A DNA stretch of 64,000 bases from the human T2T-CHM13v2.0 reference genome, Homo sapiens. Position 1 is the stretch's first letter, and every line of letters begins with the position of its first letter. The translations under genes were made by a program, and so were the position numbers. A model generated the notes under the pieces. That model saw only the letters and a program-made list of their open reading frames with translations, did no database searches and had not been told where the DNA came from. Shown piece after piece: positions 16,628 to 32,826 of this stretch. The stretch lies in assembly GCF_009914755.1 (NCBI RefSeq), contig NC_060934.1; one strand, written 5' to 3'.

Positions 16628-17614
16628 AAAGAACTTCTGCACAGCAAAAGAAACTATCAATAAACAGACATACTCCAGAATGGGATAAAATTTTGCAAAT
16701 TATGCATTAAAGACCTAATATTCAGCATCTATAAGGAACTGAAATTTACAAGAGAAAAACAACCCCATTAAAATGTGTGCAAAGGACATGAACAGCCACT
16801 TCTCAAAAGAAGACATACATGGTGGCCAACAAGCATATAACAAAAAGCTCAACATCACTAATCATTAGAGAAATGCAAATCAAAACCACAATGAAATACC
16901 ATCTCACACCAGTCAGAATGGTAATTATTAAAAAGTCAAAAATAACAGATTCAGGTGACATTGTGGAGAAAAAGGAATATTTTTACACGTTGGTGGGAGT
17001 GTAAATGAGTTCAACCATTGTGGAAGAAAGTGTGGTGATTCCTCAAAGACCTAGAGGCAGAGATACCTTTCAACCCAGCAATCCCATTACTGGGTATATA
17101 CCGAAAGGAAAAGAAATCATTCTATCATAAAAACATATGCACATGGATGTTCATCGCAGCACTATCCAAAGAAGCAAAGGCATGGAATCAACCTAAATGC
17201 CCATCAATGGTAGACTGGATAAAGAAAATGTGGCACATATACACCACGAAATATTATGCAGCCATAAAAAAGCACGACATCATGTCCTTTGCAGAAACAT
17301 ACATGTAGCTGAGGGCCAATATCCTTAGCAAACTTACACAGGAACAGAAAACCAAATACCACATGCTCTCACTTTGAAGTGGAAGCTAAATGACAAGAAC
17401 AACATGGACACATCCAGGGGAATGACAGACACCAGGACCTATCAGAGGGTGGAAGGTAGGAAGAGGGAGAGGATCAGAAATAATAACTAATTGGTATTAC
17501 GCTTAATACCTGGGTGACAAAATAATCTGTACAACAAACCCCCATGACATGAGTTTACCTATATAACAAACCTGCATGTGTACCCATGAACTCAAAATAA
17601 AAGTTAAATAAATA
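16628..17614 (+). mobile_element. L1PA15/16-like 3' 1 kb
   Basis: ORF 16819-17004 ([19 protein letters not shown]) and 3' end 'aacaaacctgcatgtgtacccatgaactcaaaataaaagtt'. Confidence 0.93.
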
Positions 17615-17659
17615 ATCCTCAGATAAAACATTTTTTTTAAAGCAACCAAAGTTTTATTA

Positions 17660-17772
17660 AAAAGTACACATGGGCTATTGTCCATTTGGTTGACTGCTAT
17701 ATTTCCACTATCTGGTACAGTTTGGCACATGCAGAAACATGTCACAAATGTTTGTACAATGAATGAATGAAT
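17660..17772 (+). mobile_element. L2 3' end
   Basis: 'tggcacat...aaatgtttg...tgaatgaatgaat' L2 tail. Confidence 0.65.
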
Positions 17773-19589
17773 ATATTTGTTTAATGGTGATCACGATAGT
17801 GTCTACCTCACATATTTGTCATAAGATGCACTGAGATAATGCACAACACATCTCATGATGTATGGATAAAAAATAAGAGAAGGTCTAATTACACATGAAG
17901 GCAAATGCAATGTGCTATGCAGAATAATGTACAATGGGGTCATGTCGTGTGATTATTTTTTTGCATCAGTTATGACTTAGGGAAACATATTCTCCTTAGC
18001 AAATTAGCCCCCTCTCTCTTGTATCTCATTTCTAGGAACCTCTCGTGGCTGTAAAAAGGGTGAGGCTAGAACTGTGAAGGACATGGACAATTAACATTTT
18101 CCTGAAGAGAAAGAAGAGGAGGATGAAGGAAAGGGGAGATTCAAACAGAAATGAGGAAAAGAAATTGCCCCAGGGAGAGAGACTTTGAAAATATCCTGAG
18201 ACTCTTGCCTGTTCTGTCTTCTTAATAAGTTTATTTGAGCCCCTTTGATTTTTCAAAGACATAAAGGGACCTGCAATGATAGACTGAGGTAGTCTAAACA
18301 ATTGAGAAATTTTAATCTTCATTTTTACTCAATTAAATTAATGGGAAACTGCCCCCCTTGCCAACCTATTAGCACCTGACAATAAAGTTATTAACAGAGG
18401 CTTGACAGTTGATTATTCTCCTTGAAGGAAACTAACCTGCTCACATTTCATTTTTAGGTTGAGTGCTGATTAGCCTTTCAACTGAATCTTGACCTTGTAA
18501 GCCTGAGCTGTTTAAAACTGTCTGAAAAGGAGAAGAGTTGGATACAGACCTCTAGGATAATGCATAGGAAAAGAGGAAGGCCTGTTCCATTTTGAGATGA
18601 ATGTGTGAGGCTGCTATGGGTCGAGCAAGACCAGATACACAAGAAAATATTGCAACGGGGAAAGTGATGCTGGCAGGAGGCTATCAGCCACTGCAGGCCG
18701 GAAACAAACAAAAAAACTGCATCTGGGGAGGCCTGTGAAGATATATGAGTCAAGGGTACACATTACATCCCAACAGGTAACATCTTAAGGAAAATGAGTC
18801 CTGTGTCCTCTCAAGGCCAAAGAATGTGGAATATTAATACTGATATTCATTATAAGGTACAGACACATTACTCCCCAGTATGTACTGCTTTCCCTATGTA
18901 CTGCTGAGAAGGTGTGGGTGGACAGAGTGTGGGTGGCTTGAATATTTAAAGCCAGACAGAGGGCATGGATAGTGTAAGTGCTATTAACGAAGGCAGGTTT
19001 TATTCCAGTTTTATAGAAAAAAAAAAGTACACCATTGAGAAGAAACAAAGGAAATAAGAGACACCAAACTTAAATTTCAACAGAAAAACTCAGTGATTTG
19101 AACCATGTGAAAGTTTACTTAGTATCTGTGGGCCTCTAATTTATTTTCCCTTACTTTCTAATAGTAATACAAAGACTTTTGTAGGGAATGTGTAACTACA
19201 GAAAATAGAAATAAATGTTAAATAGTCTATAAGCTCACAGCATAAAGATGACTGTTATATTTCCTCCTAGTTCTTATCCTATGAATATATACGTGACTAT
19301 TCCCCCATGGCATGATTCTTTATACATAATCTGGTATTCTAATTTATTCTGAATGATATTACATATCAGATATTTTCACATATAATTAAGATTCTTCAAA
19401 ACCACAATTTCTAATGGTTGTACAATGATCCATTATATACGTGTAGCATCATATATTTAACTATTTTCATATTTTAAAATAATTACATTGTTTCTTATGT
19501 TTCACTATTATATAGCATACCAAGGTAGTCAACTTAAACAGCTTCCATTTCCTTGGGCAAGATGTGAGTTAAAGCTACTCTTTGAAGAT

Positions 19590-22408
<2,819 letters not shown>

Positions 22409-22939
22409 GTGTTATTTAATACAGAAGACATGACATATGGTGCATATTGCAGTTACTTGACCCCTCTTTTGTGGAGTATAAGCAATTAAGAGTTAGAAAC
22501 AGTTTCTAGAAACCTTTAATTTGATCCTTCTTCCTTTATATATCACCCTAGACAAAAGTGTGACCACGTCCCTCCAGGTGACCACTGTAGAAGAATCTAC
22601 AACGTTTCCTGGAAGTAAAGGTTTCTGGTTGTAAGGTCTCTCTGGATTTATTACTTTTTCATCCACTTAATTTAACATGAATGTACTGAGCCCCTGCTAC
22701 ATATTCAGGATTATGCTTGATTGATGGTAAGATAAATATAGTGTTCACTTTCAAGGAAGTTTTGGAAATTATATGGCCAGTGCAAGAGCTGCCTCTCCTT
22801 AGTACTTCACCTAATTTACGTTTCTAGAGCCACTGTCACCTTTAACAACCTCCTTTTCTCTACTTGTGAGTGTGTATACCTTTGAATGTGTGAATATACT
22901 GCGAAATAGAAAGTGAAACATTCATTGAGTTTTCTAATA

Positions 22940-23145
22940 GTCCCTGTGTTAAGGAGGTTGTATGATTATCTCATTTTAATTATCTCCACAACCCTATGAG
23001 TAAGGTATTATTTTCATCCCTATTTATAGACAGTAAAATGAGTGAGGCCCCAAATGGTTAAATAAATGCCCAAGATCATGCAACTCTTACAAGTCAGATT
23101 TGGGCATTAAACCTGAGTCAGACTGACTCCAATGCTTACGTTTCT
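22940..23145 (-). mobile_element. MIR
   Basis: 'acaaccctatgagtaaggtattatt...tgcccaagatcat...ctgactccaatgc'. Confidence 0.7.
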
Positions 23146-23249
23146 GATAAGAGACTGGAATCAATCTCTCTCAACCTCATTTTGCTCATGTGTGTAATAG
23201 AACTAATAACAATAAGATCTTCACTGGATTTCTACAAAGTCTTGCAGTT

Positions 23250-23460
23250 TAGTGGAGGCAGACAGACCTCAGTTTAATCCTCACACCTACTACTTACCAC
23301 CTATCAAACGTTAGCAAATTTAATATCCTTAAATCTCCATATCATTATTAGTAAGGTAAATAGAACAATGTCACCTTTATTAGTGGTTACTGTCATGACT
23401 TAATGAGGAAATGGAAGCACACTTATCTTGGGATCCGACACATGGTATGTTTTAATAAGT
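23250..23460 (+). mobile_element. MIR
   Basis: 'ggaggcagacagacctcagtttaatcctc...tactacttacc'. Confidence 0.55.
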
Positions 23461-23594
23461 TGTGGTGGTGGTAATGTTTTTGATATTCATCCATCTGGTC
23501 TAACTGTTCACTTATCTGTGCAATTTATTCCTGGGTTATTATATTTGTTGACTCCATTAACATGTATCTAGTGTCTGCACCACTGTGGAAACTG

Positions 23595-23953
23595 TGAAAT
23601 ACTACACAGCCATAAAACAGAATGAGATAATGTCCTTTGCAGGAACATGAATGGGTCTGGAGGCCAATATCCTTTGCAAACTAACACAGGAACAGAAAAC
23701 CAAATACTGCTTGTACTTTCTTACAAGTGGGAGCTAAATGATGAGATTACATGGACACATAAAGGTGAACAACAGATACTGGGGCTTATCAGAGGGTGGA
23801 GGATGGGAGGAGGGACTCAGGAAAAATAACTAATTGGAGCTAGGCTTAATACCTGGGTGATTAAATAATCTGTACAACAAATTTCCAAGATGCAAGTTTA
23901 TCTATGTAACAAACCTGCATACGTACCCCTGAATTTAAATAAGAGTTAAAAAA
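23595..23953 (+). mobile_element. L1PA15/16-like 3' end
   Basis: 'aatactacacagccataaaa...gtgggagctaaatgatgag...aacaaacctgcatacgtacccctgaa'. Confidence 0.9.
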
Positions 23954-26077
23954 GAGAGTCTGCTCTGCTGCAGATTTTGAGAGCCAAATATTTCTAAATG
24001 GCACTTCCTTTGCCAAACAATATATGAAGCTGAAGCTTTCAGCAGAAAACAGGCAGGGGACGCTAGTAAGAAGATCAAATGCTGTGCCCTAATAATTGGA
24101 GCATATACTTCAAGTATCCTGCCCCTCCCCCTCCCCCTCCAGCACCTCTATGACTCTCCCAGTCAACAAATTATGCCATTCTATCCCAAGAAAGGCATCT
24201 TCTTAGGTCTCTTTTATTTTGCCCTGGGAGGGCAAGGGTGTCACAATGTGACAGCCTCCATCATGAAAAGCTTCTCCACCCAGGTTCCCAGAATTCCCTT
24301 TCCCATACTTCAGAAAAGTAAGGTCTTGATGGCTAGAAATAAAATAAGCCAATGACAGGATAAAGTGCTCCTCTCCCTGACAGTAAATAGACAGCAATAT
24401 AAGCAAGTCTTTAATCACTGTGTCAGGCATTCCTCCTAGAAACTTCATTCTCTCCTTCTTGAAAAGAGTAAGACAGACACGTGAATTTTCTATGGTCCAT
24501 CTGCCAGCACTTGGGGAAATGTGGGGCCAAGTGACTGGATGAGGACCTATGAAGAAATGAAAAGAATATAGGGAGATCTAATTCCTCTTACCACAGGGCT
24601 TAAATGGCTGGGAAAGTGACCTCAGGCTCACTTGCTATTAACTACATCATTCTGGCAGCCCCTGACATCTCCCATTTGAATAGCAGGAAAGAGCAGGCTA
24701 GGAAAATGTCCTTTAGGGAGCTGTACTCTGTAACAAAGTTCTGATAAATGAAAAGGCCAGAATACTACAAATTTCCTGGTTGACAATTTTTGCTTAAAAT
24801 ATTTTTTAAGGTTCATGAGTTTGGGCCTAGTGATTAGAAACTTCTGTTTTCTCTTGAAAAGTAGAAATGATAATCATGCCTATTTATTGTGCTGCTTGAG
24901 GCCAGGTGTGTACAAATCTTGGCATAGAGCTTGACTGGCAATAATTCATACATGTTAGATAATAATACAATCAAACATTTCTCAACGATTAGAAGCAAGT
25001 TCTATTTTCAAGACATGGGCATAGACACTGTGAGAAATGACAAGCATCTGCTTCCCAGAAACATCCATGGTATTGGGAGTGAGGGTCAACTAGAAAAATA
25101 CCAAACAACAGAAAATATGCCAAACCAGGCAGGCTTTGGTACAATTCTGGCATGAAGCCACATTTTAAGAAATCTCAGGATGGCAAACATACATAATTGA
25201 AATATTTATTCTCTTTGAAGTCTATTTATGTGTACTAAATGGTGATCCCATTTACAACCCTCAGCAAATCTTAAATTCTCTCTCACTCAATCTCTCTCAT
25301 TCACACATGGCAATGAGGCTTCAAAATCTTTCTCTCCTTTCCTCTCTTCTTAAATCTCCTTAAAAATACAAAAAAAAAAAAAAACCTTTTTCTAAATCAC
25401 CCTTAAGCTCAAACAAGCTTTTATGTTATTTTGCGCCCCACCACCGCCCCCAACCCACCACCATTTCTGCCTTGGTTATTTTCATTCACATCAACTTAAG
25501 CTTGTTGCTACTTTAAAATTTTCTAAGCATCTTTACTAAGATTCTATGCCCTAAAGAAAGACCCAAGAGTTAACATGGAAATCAACAATGACTCCTCCTG
25601 AAAAGTCAGCTGGGAAGAGATTCAATTGCAAACATTTATGAAATTATATATTTTATCCTTGTTACAGCTGTAAAGAAATTTTAGCACTAATATATTCCTT
25701 AAAAGTTCTAAAACAAAATGCCATGTGTTGGGACAGTGTTAAAGCAGCTCTGCTGTTTTAAGATGGAGTGAAAAATGTAAGATTAAATATTTGAACCAAT
25801 TAAAAGAAGAAAGAGAGGATGAAGAGTGGTCCCTGTCAAAAAAGGCAAGGTTTCTTACTTCCAAAGCAAAGGACATTTGGACTGATTAAAATACATTCTT
25901 TTTCAGATACCTTCAGAGACCACCCCATCCCAGACATGTTATTAGGATGAGGAACTTTAGTTCACTATTCATTTTATTATTTTATATTATAATATAGAAA
26001 ACAGTATTAGGAATTCGTTGGAAATTTTGAAGACTCAGTGGTGTGTTTCTATATGGTATTATCTAGCTTTGAGAATT

Positions 26078-26660
26078 TGTGGTAATGTTCCTTCAGCTAC
26101 CACATCTGTTATTTCAACAGACAGAATTTAACATACAGATTAGTTAACTAGGTATAAAGTTACAAACAGGTAACCAAACACTTTAAAAGAAAAAAGACAC
26201 TCCGGTATAATAAAGTTAGTGAATAAGGAAACACTTTCACTTTTAGAGATAAAAGAAAAAAAAAGGAAACTGAGTTTAATTTGGAACTATTAAAATTTTG
26301 AAATATAAAAAAGAGGTAAAACTCAGCCCTCTAGAGACAGGAAACATTATGGGACAAGGACCCAAACTTCAGAGGAGAGGCCGCTTGCTGGCCAGTGCTG
26401 GTGTCACTGAATTCAGAGGATCACAGAACCTGGGACCCAGACTTCTAAAGATGGGTTGCTGGGCAACTGGTGCTGGTGTCCGTCTGGGAGTATGTGGAGT
26501 GCAGTGTGAGAGGATGGTGTGGAAATTATAAAGAAACTGATTATATTAAGTGCTGGGAAAAGTACAAACTGGATTCAGCTGCTGCTGCAGCAAAGAAGCA
26601 TTTCTGGGGTGATGCTTTTGGAAATCACAAATAGACAGAAGGCAACCTGCGAAGCACCTC
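26078..26660 (-). mobile_element. Possible old ERVL-type LTR
   Basis: 'ttcaacagacagaatttaa' and gctgctg/gctgg-rich body; weak match by eye. Confidence 0.3.
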
Positions 26661-26839
26661 CTGTTTGGACAGATTGCAACATCCAGTCACCCCTGCTCAT
26701 TCTGTTTGTTTACCAAAACCAATACATTTCCTCACTGTGGGCTTACCCTCATCCAACTAAGCTTCTGTGGCATGTTATCATCAGAGTCCTGCCTAAAAGA
26801 CAGAAGATCCCAGTATTGATGTTTGTGTGTTTACATCTT

Positions 26840-27130
26840 CTCATCTCTTTGATTTCAGTTCAGGTGTTACCTCCCCAGCGGAGTCTTCCCTGATTATCAT
26901 ATCTAATGTCCACAGTTACTCACTGCTGCACATGCACACTTGTTTTATTGAATGCATAGCCCTGAAGCCATATGTGGTGATCTCATTTGTAGTTTTGCTA
27001 TCCGTATCCCCCATGGAATGAGAGTACTCTGAGGAAAATACCCTTGTCCATCTTGCTCTCTCCAAATCCGCAGTGCTTACAAAGAAGGCTGCACAACTCA
27101 AGCTCTCGACAAACATCTGTGGAATGAGAC
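26840..27130 (+). mobile_element. L2 3' end
   Basis: 'ggtgttacctccccagcggagtcttccctga...tggaatgagagtactctgagg...aaacatctgtggaatga'. Confidence 0.6.
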
Positions 27131-27769
27131 TAGCAAGAGAAGCTGGAAGCAGATGTCAGTAGGTGCAGAGTCTGGACTTTATTCAGATAAGTCAGAACTG
27201 GACATAAATTGCCAGAGCTGTGTGTTGCTAGGGAATTCATCTGGTATGAAGGAGGCAGACGGTAGCCAGGCACAAGGGGCAGGAAGAGCAGCTTAGTAGC
27301 ACATCCAAGCACTAGGTAATGTTTATTTGATTGAGTGAACGATCTGAGTCTCTGAGACTTCTCTCCAGATGATACTTCACAGCAAAAGAATGACAAATGG
27401 TTTGTGACTCTTCCTTTCCTTTATCTCTCTGAACAGGCTGTTCTCCCAGACTTTCAACTTTTGCCAGATACTGATTTGTAACCACACATGAATAGTGTCT
27501 TACACATGAATCTGTAACAGCTATCTTCCCCCTAGGTAGCAGCTTTGAAAAGAAGACAATAGCAATGGCTGCTCCATCAGATAATGAAAGCAGAGTGATT
27601 CTGAAAGTTCTAGGGCAGAGCCTGGATCTTGCAGGCTGCCCCACTCCAGGGATCCTGAGTCTGAGCCAGAGCAGGCCAATTTCATATCCTGCCACCAGAC
27701 TTATTTATACCCCAGAATATTCTAGTCCAGAATGAACTATGCCCATTTAGCCTTTTATTGGTTTGTTGT

Positions 27770-29160
27770 TTTACATACGTCCATATTTGATAAAGGTGGG
27801 ATCACATTATATGTAGTACTTGGGACTTGTTATTTTTCTCTTAACCTTAGGTTTTAACTTACTTAAGTTGAAATATTTAACACTAGTTCATTAATTTTCA
27901 TCACTATATGGTTTTTCCGTTGAGTGTATATACTACCAATTATTTAGCTATCATCTTGCTGAGGAACATTTAAGATAATTATAATTATTTTGGGTTTTAC
28001 ATGCAATTTTACTTTGGACATTTTTCCAAATAATTCCTGTGCAAATATAATCTAGGATATATATATACACAGTTACGGTTGCATATATCTCAGATGTGCA
28101 ACCCTCATTGTCGTCTACGGGGTACACACTTGATACTGTATGTGTGTGTCTGTGTATGTCTATATCCTAGAGAAATCATATCTATTTTATACATAAATTA
28201 TACATGTAGGGTATATCCATACACAAAAACAAATATATATACAGACTCATCCTTCCACAAGGGATTAGTTCCAGTACTCCATGTGAATACCAAAATTCAG
28301 GGATGCTCAAGTCCCTGATGTAAAATAGCATAGTATTTGTGTAAATCTATATGCACTCTCCTGTATACTTTAAAGCACCTCTAGATTACTTATAATATCT
28401 GACACAATGTAATGTTATATAAATAGTTGTTACACTGTATTTTTATATTATTTTTATTGTATTTTTAAAAATACTTTTATCCATAGTTGGTTGAATCTAT
28501 GAATGCAAAATACACAGAGGGCCAATTTTACACACATACATACATATATATATATATATTTACATAAATATATATAATTGCTTGTTCAAAGAAATATAAT
28601 TATTTCTATTCAACTTTACAAAATAGTTCCAACTTGCAATCTAAATGATTTTACCAATTCACACTCCTCCTATCAGTCTATAAGCATTCTAATTTTCAAC
28701 ATCTTTGCCAGCTGCTCAGAATTTTGCAAATACTCTAAGTACAGAATGATACTTCACTGATATTTTAATTTACATAACCCTGGGAGTTGGAGAGGTGAGC
28801 AGTTTTTCATATCTTCATTGACCATTTGTGTGTCCTCCTTTCTAAATGGCATTTTCATATGTCATCCTCCTTTGTTAACTTATCTTTTTCACATGATTTG
28901 TGAATTCTTTTTATAATTCTTTGCCAGTTTTATTCATTATAATTACCCTATGTCTGTGATTTGTATTTGTACAAACCTTTTTTTTAATCTTTAAAAAGAT
29001 TAAACATTATATTTTATGGTTTGTAATTTTTCTGTCTGGTATAAAAAAGTCTTTCTCCGTCCTAATATCATAAATGGAGTCTATTATACCATCTATTTAA
29101 AGTGTTAAATTATGGTTTATACTCATAGAACTTCAATTCATCTGGAATTTAATTTTTATT
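27770..29160 (-). mobile_element. Old L1M fragment interrupted by MER2
   Basis: 'ttaccaattcacactcctcctatcagt...ttttaatttacat...ttgaccatttgtgtgtcctcc' reverse L1M. Confidence 0.55.
28242..28528 (+). mobile_element. MER2 (Tigger-derived DNA transposon)
   Basis: 'ataccaaaattcagggatgctcaagtccc...ctctagattacttataat...gttggttgaatc'. Confidence 0.85.
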
Positions 29161-29769
29161 TGCCTTTTTCTGCCTCTTCTCAGGAGCTCCATTCTCAAGT
29201 ACTTGCATCTGCTACTGCCCTAATCTAAACCCTGATTTCTTTCTAGTTCCATTGTGGGAACTTCCCTGACTGCTCCTGCCCTTGCTGACTTTCTCCTTCC
29301 TAGATAGCTAAAGCATCAGCCATTGTATTTGTACTGAATTATTGCTTAACCAAAGGCTGTACACCAATAGACTGCCAGTGCCAAGAAGGTAACCCAAATG
29401 GGTGCAATGGAGCTGAATTACAACAATAAAAAGTATACAAAGTGTGGAATATGGGCCCTGAGTTGCAAACCATCTGAAATTCTATACATATAAATATCCT
29501 TAGGAATCTGTATTTTTATCTAAAAACTTGATTTGTATATGAAAAAAGTACTTCTACTAGTTTTTAAAGCAATAATAGGCCAGAAAAAAATGTATTTACA
29601 TTCTTCATCTCTTTGGCCTTCAGTCTGTTCCCTTTGATTTACCTTTGTTTAGTTATCCCATTATTTCTAATCACTACTTGTCTCCTAAATAAAAACTTAT
29701 GCCATTTGAATAAAGAGACTCTCATTACTATCTATCACAGATCCTATCTCAGGGAAAAATCACAACATT

Positions 29770-30103
29770 AATTATATATATGTTATATTCGGGACATATT
29801 ATATATATATATATGTTTTATATATATTATATATATAATAGATCTTAGACACTACTGCCATATATATAATTATATGTAATATATATATTTATATATATTT
29901 ATGTTACATATAATTTTACATATACATATACATATTTTTATATATATAAATATATATTATATATAATTATTTATATAATTATATATAATAATATTATTAT
30001 ATATAATTATTTATATAATTATATATAAATATTATTATATATAATTATTATGTATAATCTATTTTATATATATAATATTTTGTAAAAATATTTTTTACAA
30101 ATA
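29770..30103. repeat. Interrupted (TA)n / AT-rich minisatellite
   Basis: About 330 bp nearly all A/T with repeated 'tatataattatttatataattatatataa' units. Confidence 0.95.
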
Positions 30104-30399
30104 GGATGTTACTGTTTTAAAAGTACGTGATTCTATTTTATAGCTGAGACCTGAAAAACTGACCTTGTTTTCTGAAGGGTCTTTGTAATAGTAGCACAGA
30201 GTAATTTAGGAGCATCTGGACTAGGTAGAAGTTTCTTAATCTCTGCCTTTGTTACACAGAAACTCTCAGGCACATATACATGGTTCAAAGATAGTTTCAC
30301 TGACACAGTCATGCAAACATGCTTGGACATCTATGTATATAGTGCCAGAAATAACTTCAGAAACACAGTCCTATTCCAAGGTATTCTCTAGCATAGGCA

Positions 30400-30732
30400 C
30401 AGAAAATAAATACATTCACAACATAGGCACATAGACATACACACTCATGCATATACATATATATAGACACAGGTATAGATATAAGCATACAGAGATATAC
30501 GACACGTAAAAAGACAGACATAGAAACAGATGAACATAATGAGGCTTAGTTGTGTAGACATAGCCCTAAGCACACAGATACACCCACAATAAAGACATTC
30601 AAGGGCTAACACATACAGAAATATCCACACCAAGACATAGCAGTTATACATATCTCAGATATTAACTCCCCCAAGACATAGAGGCACTAGATACCAAGCC
30701 ATAAACTGACATGAATAGATGCACATATACTC
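30400..30732. repeat. Degenerate (CA/TA/GACA) low-complexity tract
   Basis: acatacacac/agacatag repeats. Confidence 0.6.
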
Positions 30733-32454
30733 AAAAACTGACCTTAGAAATTTTTAGCTTTTTGTTGTGTGCAGGGTATTGAAATGTTATTGAAAATTAT
30801 TTGCTGCCTCTCTCTGGGTATGACTTGGCCCAGCTCAGTGCAGCCTCTGTGATCTCTCACTGAGATGGGTATTGAGGAAAGCAAGATGGCAACGGTAGCC
30901 TCAAGGCAGGAAACCACTCAACATTTTAATGAGAAAGGCAACTTTACTGAAAATTTCCCACTCTCTGACCTGGGATAGGGTGCTGACAGACATTTGAATA
31001 GCACAGCAAAGGAGTCTTAAAATGATAATTAAAAAATAATATTTCAATGACATCATACATTTATCAAGTGCATTCCTACTGTCAATCTCATTGTATTATA
31101 CCTTCATCTATAGAGAGCTTTACAGGTTTGATTTTAATCTCATTTAATCATGTGAACAACTCAATTAAATTGGTAGATTTCTTACCCCCATTTTACAATG
31201 GGATTGGAATTGACATTCTGATTATTCTTACTTTACAGAAGAAAAAACAGGTTTAAAAGACAATTAAGTACCCCATTCAAGGGTACCCCAGGACAAACCA
31301 AATTCTTAGTTCAGGGTCAACTTCACTGTGACAATGAGTTGTATGGGAACTTGGCCAGGTGTAAAAATGAGTGATTTAACTTACATATGAAGTACCCAGC
31401 TCTGGAAATTAAACAGTAATATGCATGCCTCAAATAAACTTAGAACCAAGTGTGCATTCTCTAGAATACAGTGAGGGAGTTAATATCTGAGATATGTATA
31501 ACTGCTCTCCATAGCACTCAGGCTGATGTCATTTTAATAGATCTTAGACACTACTGCCTTCTCATCTGTTGGGTGTTGAGAAGATCTGGATTTTGGGAGG
31601 AGGTGTCTGTTCATTTGCCATTTTCTCTGAATATGGGTCTGGATAAAAATAAAACTGGATGGAAAGGCATTTGGTCACATTGACATGTGGAATTATCTTT
31701 TAATCCTTTCCTCTATATTGGACTGTATAGAGAGCTGTGTGCTCAAAGGTGTGAGTTATAAGGATCTCCTGTCAATCAACATGAAACTGGATTTACTGAG
31801 CAGTTATCTTGTGATTTTTATATAAAATTTTTCTTATAAAAATTTAATTATTACATCTTTTCTGAGATGAGGCCCAGACATCAGTAACTTTGAAAAGCCC
31901 TCCTGTTGATTATAATATAAAGCCAGGCTTGGGAATTAGTATACTGGTGAAAATGCTGAAACTCTTCATAGAAAGCTTCAATGTGCTTTGATTATATCTG
32001 ACTTTGCTTATATCACAGTGGGGAAAGAAAGAGTATTCAAATAACTTATCTATGTAGAAAACATCTCCCCCCATCACTTTCCTGATGAGGAAGTAAGTGC
32101 CCTATCAGACTGGAGCCTGCGAGATAATAGCCCCAGATTAACCAACAGAAACCACTGAGGAGAAACTTTTTCCTCAGCCCACCTCTCTTTCGGCCAGCAC
32201 TTGTTTGCTCTTATGTATACCTCAGTATAACTAAGAAGAAAAATTGATTTCTTAATTTACATATAAACTCTCCATAGCCACTGTGGGCCTTTGGCAAACA
32301 AAAAGAGGATTAGTGTAATAAAACAAGTACTACATAAAAATTTAAATGCATGTTTTGAGATGTCCTTTACATAGCAATGAAAATAGGAAGGAAAATAAAT
32401 GCATCAGAATTGATAGACCTGAAGAATGAGAATCGAAGGATAGGAGAGACACAG

Positions 32455-32826
32455 TGATATGGTTTTGCTGTGTTCTACCCAAACCTCATCTTGAATTGTA
32501 GTTCCCATAATCCCCCTGTTGAGGTAGAGATCCAGTGGGAGATAATTGAATCATGGGGGTGGTTAACCCCATGTTGGTGTTCTCATGATAGTGAGTGAGT
32601 TCTCACGAGATCTGATGGTTCTATAAGGGCCTTTTTCACCCACTTCACTCTGCACTTCTTAATGTCGCCTTGTGAAGAAGGATGTGTTTGCTCCCCCTTC
32701 TGTCATAATTTAAGTTTCCTGAGGCCTCCCCAGCCATGATGAACTGTGAGTCAATTAAACCTCTTTCCTTTATAAATTACCCAGTCAGGCAGTTCTTTAT
32801 TAGCAGTGTCAGAACAGACTAATACA
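32455..32826 (+). mobile_element. THE1D-like MaLR solo LTR
   Basis: 'tgatatggtttt...ctcatcttgaattgtagttcccataatcccc...gtgagtcaattaaacctctttcctttataaattacccagtc...gactaataca'. Confidence 0.92.

Noticed and set aside
17800-18140. Minus-strand polypyrimidine tract plus CAG acceptor at 18102/18101 as an internal exon
   Set aside because: No convincing downstream donor or reading frame
26298-27695. Cluster of 60-127 aa ORFs
   Set aside because: They overlap decayed LTR/L2 sequence, many have non-ATG starts, and none shows a protein motif
30154-30745. 13-bp direct repeat aaaaactgacctt bracketing ~570 bp as a TSD
   Set aside because: No poly(A) tail or element inside; one such match is plausible by chance in 64 kb of AT-rich DNA
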